Assembly (NCBI GenBank): GCA_043750125.1
Contig: JAYVCD010000003.1
Coordinates: 1 to 21,980 of the forward strand
DNA length: 21,980 bases
Direction: 5' to 3'
Source: Archangiaceae bacterium
GTDB lineage: Bacteria; Myxococcota; Myxococcia; Myxococcales; Myxococcaceae
Every line of letters begins with the position of its first letter. Position 1 is the stretch's first letter. A program made the position numbers and the translations under genes. Positions 1 to 8,700 of this stretch are shown piece after piece. The notes under the pieces were generated by a model. It did not search any database. It saw only the letters and a program-made list of their open reading frames with translations, and was not told the origin of the DNA.

Positions 1-97
1 GGAACGCACGCCGGGCTGTGCCCGGCAAGCTGTCCCCAGTTGCGAGGTGGATCAGTTTCAGACCGCCAGGTGGATCACTTTCAAGCCGCCCGGATCA
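1..97 (-). mobile_element. Terminal inverted repeat region of a probable IS21-family insertion sequence (rest of element lies outside the window)
   Basis: Read on the minus strand from 97: TGATCC-GGGCGGCTTGAAAGTGATCCACC-TGGCGGTCTGAAACTGATCCACC. A TG terminus followed by two 22-bp tandem copies (46-67 and 69-90, 19/22 identical, 23-bp period) is the typical IS21 end architecture. The terminal TG(A) forms the stop codon that ends the adjacent gene. No transposase is visible in the window. Confidence 0.75.
46..90 (+). repeat. Two imperfect 22-bp direct repeats (GGTGGATCASTTTCARRCCGCC), putative transposase-binding repeats
   Basis: GGTGGATCAGTTTCAGACCGCC (46-67) versus GGTGGATCACTTTCAAGCCGCC (69-90), read directly from the sequence. 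Confidence 0.9.
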
Positions 98-517
98 CGT
101 GTCGAAACTGAGTGGCGCGTTTCTGTGGATTTCGCGGATCTGCTGGAAATCGTGCTCGTCACCGCGGACAGCCTTGCTCAGTGCAAGGTCATGCCGCTCC
201 AGTGTCCAGACTTGCAGTTTGTCGAGAAGAGGAAGCTGCCGTTCCAGCCGGCTTTCGTACTCGTATGGAAACTCGGCAACCCCAGTCGGGCCGATCGGAA
301 TCGCGAGGCCCGTCTCTTCAACCGCTCGTTTGATCGCTTGGAGCAGATCGTCCGTCAGCTGATTTCCAGTGTCGATGTCATCGGTCGTCGACGCGATGCC
401 AAAGGCCAGCGCCGCTGCGCTTCCGCCGATGATGATCAGACTCGACGGCTTGCTCAGACGGCGGTCGATCGCCTCGAGAAATCTTCGAATCTCGTCCCCG
501 CCAAATGCTGGGCTCAA
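95..517 (-). pseudogene. DUF6036/AbiEii-like nucleotidyltransferase, probably C-terminally truncated by the IS end
   Basis: IIIGGSAAALAFG...TTDDID is a Pol-beta-type NTase signature (GG-x-A...T-x-D-I-D), followed by DLALSK...DFQQI. The ORF ends abruptly at LSFDT exactly at the IS terminus. TTG start lies 3 nt after the stop of the upstream gene. Confidence 0.72.
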
Positions 518-520
518 GGC

Positions 521-1267
521 TTAAACACCCGCAGCAAACTTCTGGAACACAGACCGAAAGGAGGCGAGGTCCATGCTCATTTCAAACCCCCATTTGAGTC
601 CCAATGGGAAGCATCGACTTTTGTCGGTCCTCCGGGGAGGCGGCTGGAAGAACTCGCGCGCTGAGGTCAATCGCTTGTCCCTGAGGGTCTCGGCCAGACC
701 CCGAAGTCGGCCCTCATTCCCAAGTTCACCGGTGAGCTCGAGAAAAAAGGCCACGCTGTGCTTCAGTTCCGCAGTGCCCGCGTGATGCGCCAGCGCTTTT
801 GCGTCGAGCGACTCTCGCAATCGCCAAAAGCAAAGGGGCAGGCTCCGTGCAACGACTGGATCGCGGCGAGCGAGCGCCACTCCTCTCGTCAGCGTTTCCA
901 GTTCGGTCGAGGCAGGCACTCTTGCGGGAATGACGCCACTCAGCGGAGCCCCCAATGACCGAAGGTGTTGCTTGAGCATCACATCGGCATCAGAAGTTGA
1001 CGGGTGGTTTCTCAAGTCGGTCGCAACCAGCGCCTGGAGCGTCTTGGCCCCCGGATGATCGAGATTGGCTGAGTGCACTTCGGTGCGACCTTCGCGGCGT
1101 GACACCAACAGCAGCTCTCGTTGCATCGCACGGAGCTCCACGTTGGCGCTTGCCAGGGAAACCCCGGCACGACCCGCGAGCTCCCGAGTGGAACCGGACG
1201 CTTGTTCGGCCCACAGCAGAAGCAGAAGCCGCCGCCTTGCTGTCGAGGTCACGAGGTAACTGAGCAC
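521..1267 (-). CDS. Winged helix-turn-helix protein with unknown C-terminal domain; putative antitoxin/regulator of the downstream nucleotidyltransferase
   Basis: N-terminal ARRRLLLLLW...STRELAGRAGVSLASANVELRAM...LLVSRREGR is an ArsR/MarR-like wHTH pattern. GTG start follows an AT-rich promoter region. Tightly coupled to the NTase gene. Confidence 0.7.
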   Translation of the reverse strand: MLSYLVTSTARRRLLLLLWAEQASGSTRELAGRAGVSLASANVELRAMQRELLLVSRREGRTEVHSANLDHPGAKTLQALVATDLRNHPSTSDADVMLKQHLRSLGAPLSGVIPARVPASTELETLTRGVALARRDPVVARSLPLCFWRLRESLDAKALAHHAGTAELKHSVAFFLELTGELGNEGRLRGLAETLRDKRLTSAREFFQPPPRRTDKSRCFPLGLKWGFEMSMDLASFRSVFQKFAAGV

Positions 1268-1370
1268 GGAAGATTAAATAACGTAAAATACGATATTTAC
1301 CAATTGCTGGATATTGCGATATTTCAACATCATGATATTGCGTTGTTTTGTCTCGGTTTTTATTTTCTGC
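1268..1370 (-). promoter_or_regulatory. AT-rich promoter/operator region of the wHTH-NTase operon with four GATATT hexamers
   Basis: Strongly AT-rich compared with the rest of the window. GATATT at 1292, 1310, 1318 and 1334; imperfect palindrome GTAAAATACGATATTTAC (1283-1300); palindrome ATCATGAT (1329-1336). Confidence 0.5.
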
Positions 1371-1464
1371 AGGGCAACCTCCTTGTTCGTCCGGACACCG
1401 CCAAGTGCGAGGACTCCGAGGTTGGGTGCGCCGCGATGCGACTGCCGACGAAGCCGCTGTTCTC

Positions 1465-1782
1465 GTGACTCGCGCGCTCGTCCTGGCGCTGCTGTTGGGC
1501 ACTGAGCCGTACCTCGAGCTGCGAGAGCAGGCGCGCGAGATCCTCTCGACCCACTGCGGCAGCTGTCACATCCGCGGACTGAAGCCGGCGAACCCCAAGG
1601 CGCTGCGGGTGTTCGATCTCACGGTTGCCGACTTCGGGACCCCGATGAGCCCCCGCCAACTCGAGAGCGCCAAACTCCGGCTCGGCTTTGATTTGACCGA
1701 GCAAGCCACTCCGCGCGATGTGCCCAAGGCAGATCAACAGCGGTTCGCTCGCTCTGTTCTGGCCGAGCTGGCGCGACGGTAG
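1465..1782 (+). CDS. Small secreted mono-heme c-type cytochrome-like protein
   Basis: Probable GTG start at 1465 (in frame with ORF 1348..1782), short hydrophobic leader ALVLALLLG, and a heme-binding CxxCH (CGSCH) after AREIL, as in class I cytochrome domains. Confidence 0.55.
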   Translation: MTRALVLALLLGTEPYLELREQAREILSTHCGSCHIRGLKPANPKALRVFDLTVADFGTPMSPRQLESAKLRLGFDLTEQATPRDVPKADQQRFARSVLAELARR

Positions 1783-1789
1783 GCGCCCG

Positions 1790-2104
1790 TCATCGGCCCC
1801 AGCGGCCCTCGATCCACACCCAGCCATGGCGGTAACGCGCCCAGTGTCCGTGGCGCCACGCATAACCTTCGCGGCGCAGCTCGTATCGGCCGGGGGCCCA
1901 GATCCAGCCTCGCCTCCAGACCCAGTGGCCTCCGACCCAGATATTGGCGGGGCCGGGCGCAAGCGGAATCACTTCGACCTGGGCCGGGGGCGGGGCGGTT
2001 TCGACGATCTCGGCGTTGGGCGGAACCTCTTCGACCTCGCGCACCAGACAAGCGGGAACGGCGAGCAGGGCAAGAGCGGCCAATGCGGCTTTGAGAAAAT
2101 TCAT
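1790..2104 (-). CDS. YXWGXW (WXXGXW)-repeat lipoprotein
   Basis: ATG at 2104 with GGAGG RBS; signal peptide ending AVPAC; APPPAQVEVIP followed by WVGGHW, WAPGRY, WRHGHW and WIEGRW repeats. Confidence 0.85.
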   Translation of the reverse strand: MNFLKAALAALALLAVPACLVREVEEVPPNAEIVETAPPPAQVEVIPLAPGPANIWVGGHWVWRRGWIWAPGRYELRREGYAWRHGHWARYRHGWVWIEGRWGR

Positions 2105-2156
2105 ACGACCTCCGTTCAAACACCACTAACCCCCAACCCTCGAAGAGGTTGCGGGC

Positions 2157-2350
2157 TCAGGTCAGGGCGGGCGCGAGGCCCAAGCTCTCGAACAGCCTCG
2201 GCTCGAGAAAGGCAGTGATCTCAGAAACTTTGTCGCCCACCCACTCGACGACGTGCAGCGAGCTGGGGCGAAAGACACCACCCCCTTCATCTCTCTTGTA
2301 CATCGGGAAGGCGCTGTGCCCGTTGGCGCGAAGGGGCACGAGATTGTAGA
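2157..2350 (-). pseudogene. Remnant: C-terminal SnoaL-like domain of a SigG-type ECF sigma factor
   Basis: LVPLRANGHSAFPMYKR...LHVVEWVGDKVSEITAFLEPRLFESLGL matches my recollection of the C-terminus of SigG-like sigma factors (xxPxRANGQPAFxxY...IxEITxFLxPxLFxxFGLP). Sigma regions 2 and 4 are absent and there is no room for them upstream. Confidence 0.6.
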
Positions 2351-2448
2351 GCCCGCGGGTGCCGAGCGCCTTTTGAGCGAAACGCAAAAGCCTCTGTCGA
2401 GACCCCGGCCTTTGTCAGCGGACTGAGGCCCGTGCTACCGATCGATGG

Positions 2449-4104
2449 GTGCGCCTCCCATTCGCCGTCACCGTCTTCGCGCTGGGCCTGGCAGGGTGTG
2501 GCCCTGAGCGCGAAGACGAGACGGCGCAGTCCCGCCTCGAGCTGACCGGCCAATGGCAAACCGGGGCTGCGATCGGCAACGGGGTGGCGGTGATGGACAC
2601 CGGAAACGTGCTCGGGGAAAACATTTTCATCGGCTACGCCGGCTGGAACGTGAACCAGGCCCAGGCCCAGGGTTGGGTGGGAGCCCTCTACGATGCGCGG
2701 CTGCGAGACCTGGGGGTGCGAACAATCTACGCGGTGCAGGGGCCGGCAGATTCGCTCTACAACGGTCAGGAGATCGGCAATTCGAAGATCGCCGCGGTGC
2801 TGAAGCAGAAGGTGAATGCCGCCACCGGGTTCGTGATCATCGCCGGCCACTCGAGCGGTTCCTTCGTTGCCGACGAGCTGTTGCAACAACTGGAAAGCGG
2901 GGCGGACCCTGCCAACGCAGTCGGCAGTCGCACCGTCTACTTCGACCTCGATGGAGATCAGAAGACCGTCAGCGCCAACGGGATAAATCGGTTGCGAAAG
3001 GCGTACTACGTCAACGCGCGCAACCCGGTGACCGGGTCAAATTCGTACAACCACAGCGTGATGATCACGCTCGGAGCCGCCTTCGCCGCAAAGGGGGGCA
3101 CCTTCGAATACAACGCGAGCAGCTCGGCGTGCACCGGCACGTTCTGCACCCACATCTCATTGATCAACACCGTCCCCCACAACCCGGGCAACGGCAGCGG
3201 CATCGACTACGCGGACTTCGCCGGACGCCCGGTCAATCGCTGGTGGCTGGACGTGAAGCTGGCCGAGGCGGGGTTGGGCCAGTGCACCACAGCGGTCACG
3301 ACCCAGGGTGCGATTGAACTCGCCTACGTCCAGCTTGGAGGGTGCGGTTCGTTCCTCGGATCGCCGACGACGAACGAGCTGGCGACCCCCGATGGCGTCG
3401 GCCGCTTCAATCACTTTCAGTCGGGTTCGATCTACTGGACGCTGCTTACCGGAGCCCACGAGGTCCACGGACCGATTCATTCCCACTGGGCCTTGCTCGG
3501 CTGGGAACGCGGCGCGCTCGGGTACCCGGTCGCGAATGAGCAACCCACGGTTCCCCGAGAAGGTCGGTACAGCAGGTTTCAACGCGGGGCGATCTACTTC
3601 TCTTTGCTTACCGGGGCGCACGCCGTGACGGGCAGCATCTACGCTGCCTGGGCCGCATTGAGCTTCGAGAATGGCCGACTGGGCTTTCCCATTTCGGATC
3701 CGCACCTGGTGGCCGGGCTTCAGCAAAGTGACTTCGAGCACGGCTCGATCATCGCGAACGCCGATGGAGGTACGCAGCTGGTTTTCCCCACTGCAGATGG
3801 AGGGATCCTTGTCGACGCCGGGGCAGGCACCGACGCCGGCACCGAAACAGATGGCGGCCTGGAACCCCTCGAGCGCGACGCCGGAACCACCGTGCCACCC
3901 GACGCCGGCGCGCGCCTGGAACAACTCGCCGGGGGCTGTAGCGCCGCTGGCTCGGACGGCGGGGCTCTGATTTCGCTGCTCGTTACTTTCCAGCTGTCAG
4001 CAATGCGTCGACGCTGTCGATCGGCCCGGTGTGCGCGAAGGCCAGGGTCTTCACCTGCTGCTGGTGAGCTTTCAGTCGGGCGTGCAGCGCCAACAGCGCA
4101 TTGA
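2449..4104 (+). CDS. Lipoprotein: alpha/beta-hydrolase-like domain + LGFP repeats + DAG-rich linker + MYXO-CTERM-like tail
   Basis: Lipobox LAGC; GHSSG nucleophile-elbow motif; LGSP/LGYP/LGFP repeats with FQSGSIYW, FQRGAIYF and FEHGSI; DAG/DGG linker; GGCSAAG...ALISLLVTF...RRR sorting signal. Confidence 0.85.
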   Translation: MRLPFAVTVFALGLAGCGPEREDETAQSRLELTGQWQTGAAIGNGVAVMDTGNVLGENIFIGYAGWNVNQAQAQGWVGALYDARLRDLGVRTIYAVQGPADSLYNGQEIGNSKIAAVLKQKVNAATGFVIIAGHSSGSFVADELLQQLESGADPANAVGSRTVYFDLDGDQKTVSANGINRLRKAYYVNARNPVTGSNSYNHSVMITLGAAFAAKGGTFEYNASSSACTGTFCTHISLINTVPHNPGNGSGIDYADFAGRPVNRWWLDVKLAEAGLGQCTTAVTTQGAIELAYVQLGGCGSFLGSPTTNELATPDGVGRFNHFQSGSIYWTLLTGAHEVHGPIHSHWALLGWERGALGYPVANEQPTVPREGRYSRFQRGAIYFSLLTGAHAVTGSIYAAWAALSFENGRLGFPISDPHLVAGLQQSDFEHGSIIANADGGTQLVFPTADGGILVDAGAGTDAGTETDGGLEPLERDAGTTVPPDAGARLEQLAGGCSAAGSDGGALISLLVTFQLSAMRRRCRSARCARRPGSSPAAGELSVGRAAPTAH

Positions 4105-4200
4105 CGTTCTGGTCGGTGTTGTCGCTGAAGGCCCAAGTCGCTGGGCGGATGCTCTTTCCGTTAAAACGGGCTCCCGCGCTGTGCCGGCCACAGCGCCGCA

Positions 4201-5733
4201 GGAAACGGGACGCCGGCGTACATGGCTCCGGAGTGTCTCGAGGGGGCCAACGTCTCTGCGCTCGCCGACCAATACAGCTTTTCGGTCACCCTCTACGAAG
4301 GGCTGTGCGGTCATCGGCCGTTCAAGGGCTCGTCGATTGACGAGGTGCGCGCGAGCAGGGCCCTGGGGCCTCCTTGGCTCGACGCGGTGGGCGCCGGCTG
4401 GCTGCTGCGGGTGGTGGTGCGTGGGTTGTCCCCGCTGGCTGCAGACCGGTACCCCTCGATGGACGCGCTGCTGCTGGAGCTCGAGCCCGGCCGCCACCGC
4501 GTCCGGCGCAACGCGGCGTGGGCCCTTATGGGTCGTGCGAAGACGGGCCGCACCTGCGCCAGTGGCGACCCCACCGCGCTGAGCGCAGAGAGGACAGCGG
4601 TCCGGGAACGATGCGTCAACAGCTGGGGCGGGTGCGATCTTTGCTGGCGCTGGGGGATTATCGGGAAGCGACCCTCGAAGGGGAACGCGTCGCAGCCGAC
4701 GCGCGCGCGGCCGGCGACGACTACGTGCTGGCAGAGACGCTGCAACTGCAGGGAGAAGCCCAGTGGCGTTCGGCCCCGTCGGTGGTCGAGGCGGTCTCTA
4801 CGCTGCAGGAAGCGGTGCTGGCTGCCGAACGAACTGGAGACGAGCGCGTCGGGGTGCTCTCGCACCTGGCGCTCGCCGCGGCGCTGACCACCGACGGGCA
4901 GTTCATTCCTTCGGCCACCAGCCTGGAGCATGCGGTCGCTGCCCGACGACGACCTGATCTTGATTACCGCTTATTCGGGTCTCGGAGGAAGTTACCTGCA
5001 GGGCGGACACATGCGCCTCGCGGTGAAGCCGCTGGAAGAGGCGCTGAGCCGAACGTCGCGGCTGCTCGGAGCCTCGCACCCCTCGGTGGTCGCCGCGCTG
5101 GGGCCGCTTTCCACGGCGTTGTTGGAAGTCGGGCGGGCCGAAGAAGGCCTGGCGATGGCGCGGTGGGCGAAAGAGATTGCGCTCACCTCGGCTGCGCCCG
5201 AGAACTTCACCGTCGGCTATTTGAGCATCGCTTTGGGCAATGCATTGACCGTCAACGGACAGTTCGCCCTGGCGCGGGCCGAATTCGAAAGCGTGGTGGA
5301 AGGCGACGTCCGGGCGCTGGGAAAGGAAGGATCCGCCTCGGGGGCCGCGCTGATCAACATCGGAGAGACCCTGCGCGCCGAGGGCCGCCCGGTCGACGCG
5401 CTGGTCGCCTATCGCCGTGCGGCGCAGTATTTCGACGCCGCAGAGCTCGAGCACCCCTACCGGGTGGCGCAGCAGGCGCTCGAGCTGTGCAAGAAAATCC
5501 AGTGTGGAGTGTTGCACCCCGTAGCGATGACCACGCTGGGGTTGGCCCAGCTTGCGACGGGCTCGACGAAAATCGCCCGCGCCCGCTTCGCTTTGGCCCA
5601 GGCGCTGCTTCAGACTGGCGAGCGGGCCCCGGCGTTCGCCCTCGCGCGCACCGCGGCGCCCGCCCTCGAGCAGCGCAAGGACTACCTCGTGACGTACCGG
5701 CAGCTGAAGGCGTTTCTGGCCCAGGCACCCTGA
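4201..5733 (+). pseudogene. Fragmented Ser/Thr protein kinase - TPR (tetratricopeptide) protein
   Basis: GTPAYMAPE, ADQYSFSVTLYEGLCGHRPF and RGLSPLAADRYPSMDALL (kinase subdomains VIII-XI), but no N-lobe, HRD or DFG, and an in-frame TAA at 4162. TPR-like helices continue in two other frames (RQQLGRVRSLLALGDY... near 4610; ...LLGASHPSVVAAL... in ORF 4930..5733), implying frameshifts near 4600 and 4945. Confidence 0.8.
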
Positions 5734-5747
5734 AAGGGCCCTCGCGG

Positions 5748-8700
5748 TCATCCGTTCGCTGCGGCCACCGCAATCGCTTCGACCGGAGTGGGTTCTCCTT
5801 CCACCACTTCCTTGCGGCGCCAGAGGTAATAGATGGCGGGGTAGACGAGCAGCTCGAGCAGAAATGAAGTGACCAGGCCGCCGACCATCGGGGCCGCGAC
5901 CCGCTTCATCAGATCCGCGCCGGTTCCGGTGGACCACATGATCGGCAGCAGCCCGCTGAAGGCCGCGAACACCGTCATCGCCTTGGGCCGAACCCGCTTG
6001 ACCGCGCCGTGGATGATCGCCTCGACCAGGTCTCCGGTCGTCTTCAGCCGGCCGGCGTCTTTCGCTTCCTGATGCGAGAGGTCCAGGAACAGCAACATGA
6101 ACACCCCGGTCTCGGCGTCGAGGCCCATCAGGGCAATCATCCCCACCCACACCGCGATCGAGACGTTGTAGCCAAGAACGAACAGCAGCCAGACGGCGCC
6201 GATCATCGAGAACGGCACCGCGAGCATCACCACCGAAGCCTTGAAGGCCGATTTGGTGTTCATGAACAGCAGGAAAAAGATCAGCACCAGGGTGATCGGC
6301 AAGATCAGCTTCAGCCGCTCTTTGACCCGCAGCATGTTCTCGTACTGCCCGCTCCAGCTCAGCGCGTACCCGGTCGGAAGCTTGATCGCCGCGACCGCTG
6401 CTTTCGCCTCGTCGACGAAGTGGCCCACGTCGACCTTTGCGGTGTCGAAGTCCACATAGACGTAGCCGGCGAGCAACCCGTTCTCGTCGCGAATCATCGA
6501 CGGGCCTTCTGCGAGGCGAACCTCGGCGATCTCGGACATCGGTATCTGCCCCTGGCCTCCGGGCAGCGGCAGCAACACCCGCTTGAGCGCTTCGAGATCG
6601 TCGCGGTAGTCGCGCGCGTAACGCACGTTGACCCCGTACCGCTGCCGTCCATCGATCACCGTGGTCTGGTTGTCGCCACCGACGGCGGTCATCACCATCA
6701 TGTTCGCGTCGTCGACCGACAGCCCGTAGCGGGCAAGCTGGTCGCGGTTGAGGACGAAGTCGAGAAAGTATCCACCCGCGACGCGCTCGGCGTAGACGCT
6801 GCGGGTGGCCGGCACTTTCTTGATCGCCGCTTCGATCTCGAGGGCGGTCGCTTGAATGACGGTGAGGTCCGGGCCGCTGAGCTTGATTCCCACCGGCGTT
6901 CGGATCCCGGTGGACAGCATGTCCAGCCGTCCCTTGATTGGCATCGTCCAGGCGTTGCTGATCCCGGGCAGCTGCAGCGCGGCGTCCAGCTGGGCGATCA
7001 GCTCGGGCTCTGAGATCCGATCGCTCCACCCGCTGCGAAAGAGCGGCTTGATCCACTCGGGCCAACCCGAATACCAGCGGGGCTTCCCCCGCCATTGCTC
7101 GTGGGGCTTGAGCAGCACCGTCGTTTCCATCATCGAGAAAGGCGCCGGGTCGGTGGGTGTGCCCGCGCGGCCTGCCTTCCCGAAGACTCGTTCGACCTCA
7201 GGAAAGGTCATCAGGATCTTGTCCTGCACCTGCAGCGCCTTCTGCGCCTCGGCCACCGACATTCCGGGCTGAACGGCCGACGGCATGTAGAGCAGCGAGC
7301 CTTCGTTCAGCGGAGGCATGAACTCGGAGCCCAGCGCGAGGTAGATGGGAATCGTCGCCGCCACCAGGACGAGGCTGGTGACGATCGTCGCTCGCGCGTG
7401 ACGAATGACGAAGCGGCAGGGGCGCTCGTAGAGCCGATGCATCAGGCGGCTGATCGGGTGGCGTTCCTCCGAGTAGTACTTGCCGACGAAGAGCTGGGTC
7501 GCAACCCACGCCAGGGGTCGCGGCCGAAAACGGAACGGCTCGATCCGCGCGAACAGCATTCGAATCGCCGGGTCGAGGGTGATCGCCAGCAGCGCCGCGA
7601 TCGCCATCGCGAGGTTCTTCGAATAGGCCAGCGGCCTGAACAGGCGGCCTTCCTGATCGATGAGGGTGAAGACCGGCAGGAAGGCCACCGCGATGACCAG
7701 CAGCGAGAAGAACACCGAGGGCCCGACCTCGAGCAGGGCCGCGAGCCGGACCTGGTGGAAGTCGCCCTTCTTGCCCGCGGCCTGCCAGCGGTAGATCTTG
7801 TTGTAGGCGTTTTCGACCTCGACGATCGCGCCGTCGACGAGCACTCCAATCGAGATCGCGATCCCGGCCAACGACATCAGGTTGGCGTTGAGTCCCATCG
7901 CGTACATCGGAATGAAGGCCAGCGCGACACTGGTGGGAATGGTGAGAATCGGCACCATCGCCGAGGGGAAGTGCCACAGGAACAGCAGGATGATCAGCGA
8001 GACGACGATCATTTCCTCTACCAGCTTGGCTTTGACGGTGTGAATCGCGCTCTGGATCAGCAGCGAACGGTCGTAGGTGGTGACGACCTCGACGCCTTCG
8101 GGAAGCGACGGCTTGAGCTCCTCGAGCCTGGCCTTCACCCGCTCGATCACCTTCAGCGCGTTCTCGCCCTGTCGCATCACCACGATTCCGCCGACCACGT
8201 CGCCTTCACCGTCGTAGTCGGCGATGCCGCGCCGCATTTCGGGGCCGATCGAAACGGTCGCGACCTCTTTGAGGGTGATCGGCGTCCCCCCTTCGGTCTT
8301 GAGCACCAGCTTCTCGAGGTCGCCGATCGTCTTGACGTAGCCGCGCCCGCGCACCATGTACTCGCGGCCCGCGAGCTCGATCAGCCGACCCCCGACGTCG
8401 TTGTTTCCCTGGCGAACGGCCTCGATCACCTTGTCCAGCGGCAGCTTGTAGGCGGCGAGCGCGGTGGGATTTACCGTCACCTGGTACTGGCGCACCTGGC
8501 CCCCGACCGTGGCGACTTCGGCCACTCCGGGCACGCTCTGCACCGCGTAGTGCAGGAACCAGTCTTGGTAACTGCGCAGCTCGTCGCTCGAGTGCTTGCC
8601 GGACTTGTCGACCAGCGCGTACTGGAACACCCACCCCACGCTGGTGGCGTCCGGGCCGAGCTCGGTCTTCACCCCAGCGGGCAGCTGCGAAGAGATTTTC

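Noticed and set aside
46..90. Direct repeats as a CRISPR array
   Set aside because: Only two copies separated by 1 nt, with no spacers and no cas genes; the pattern fits an IS end.
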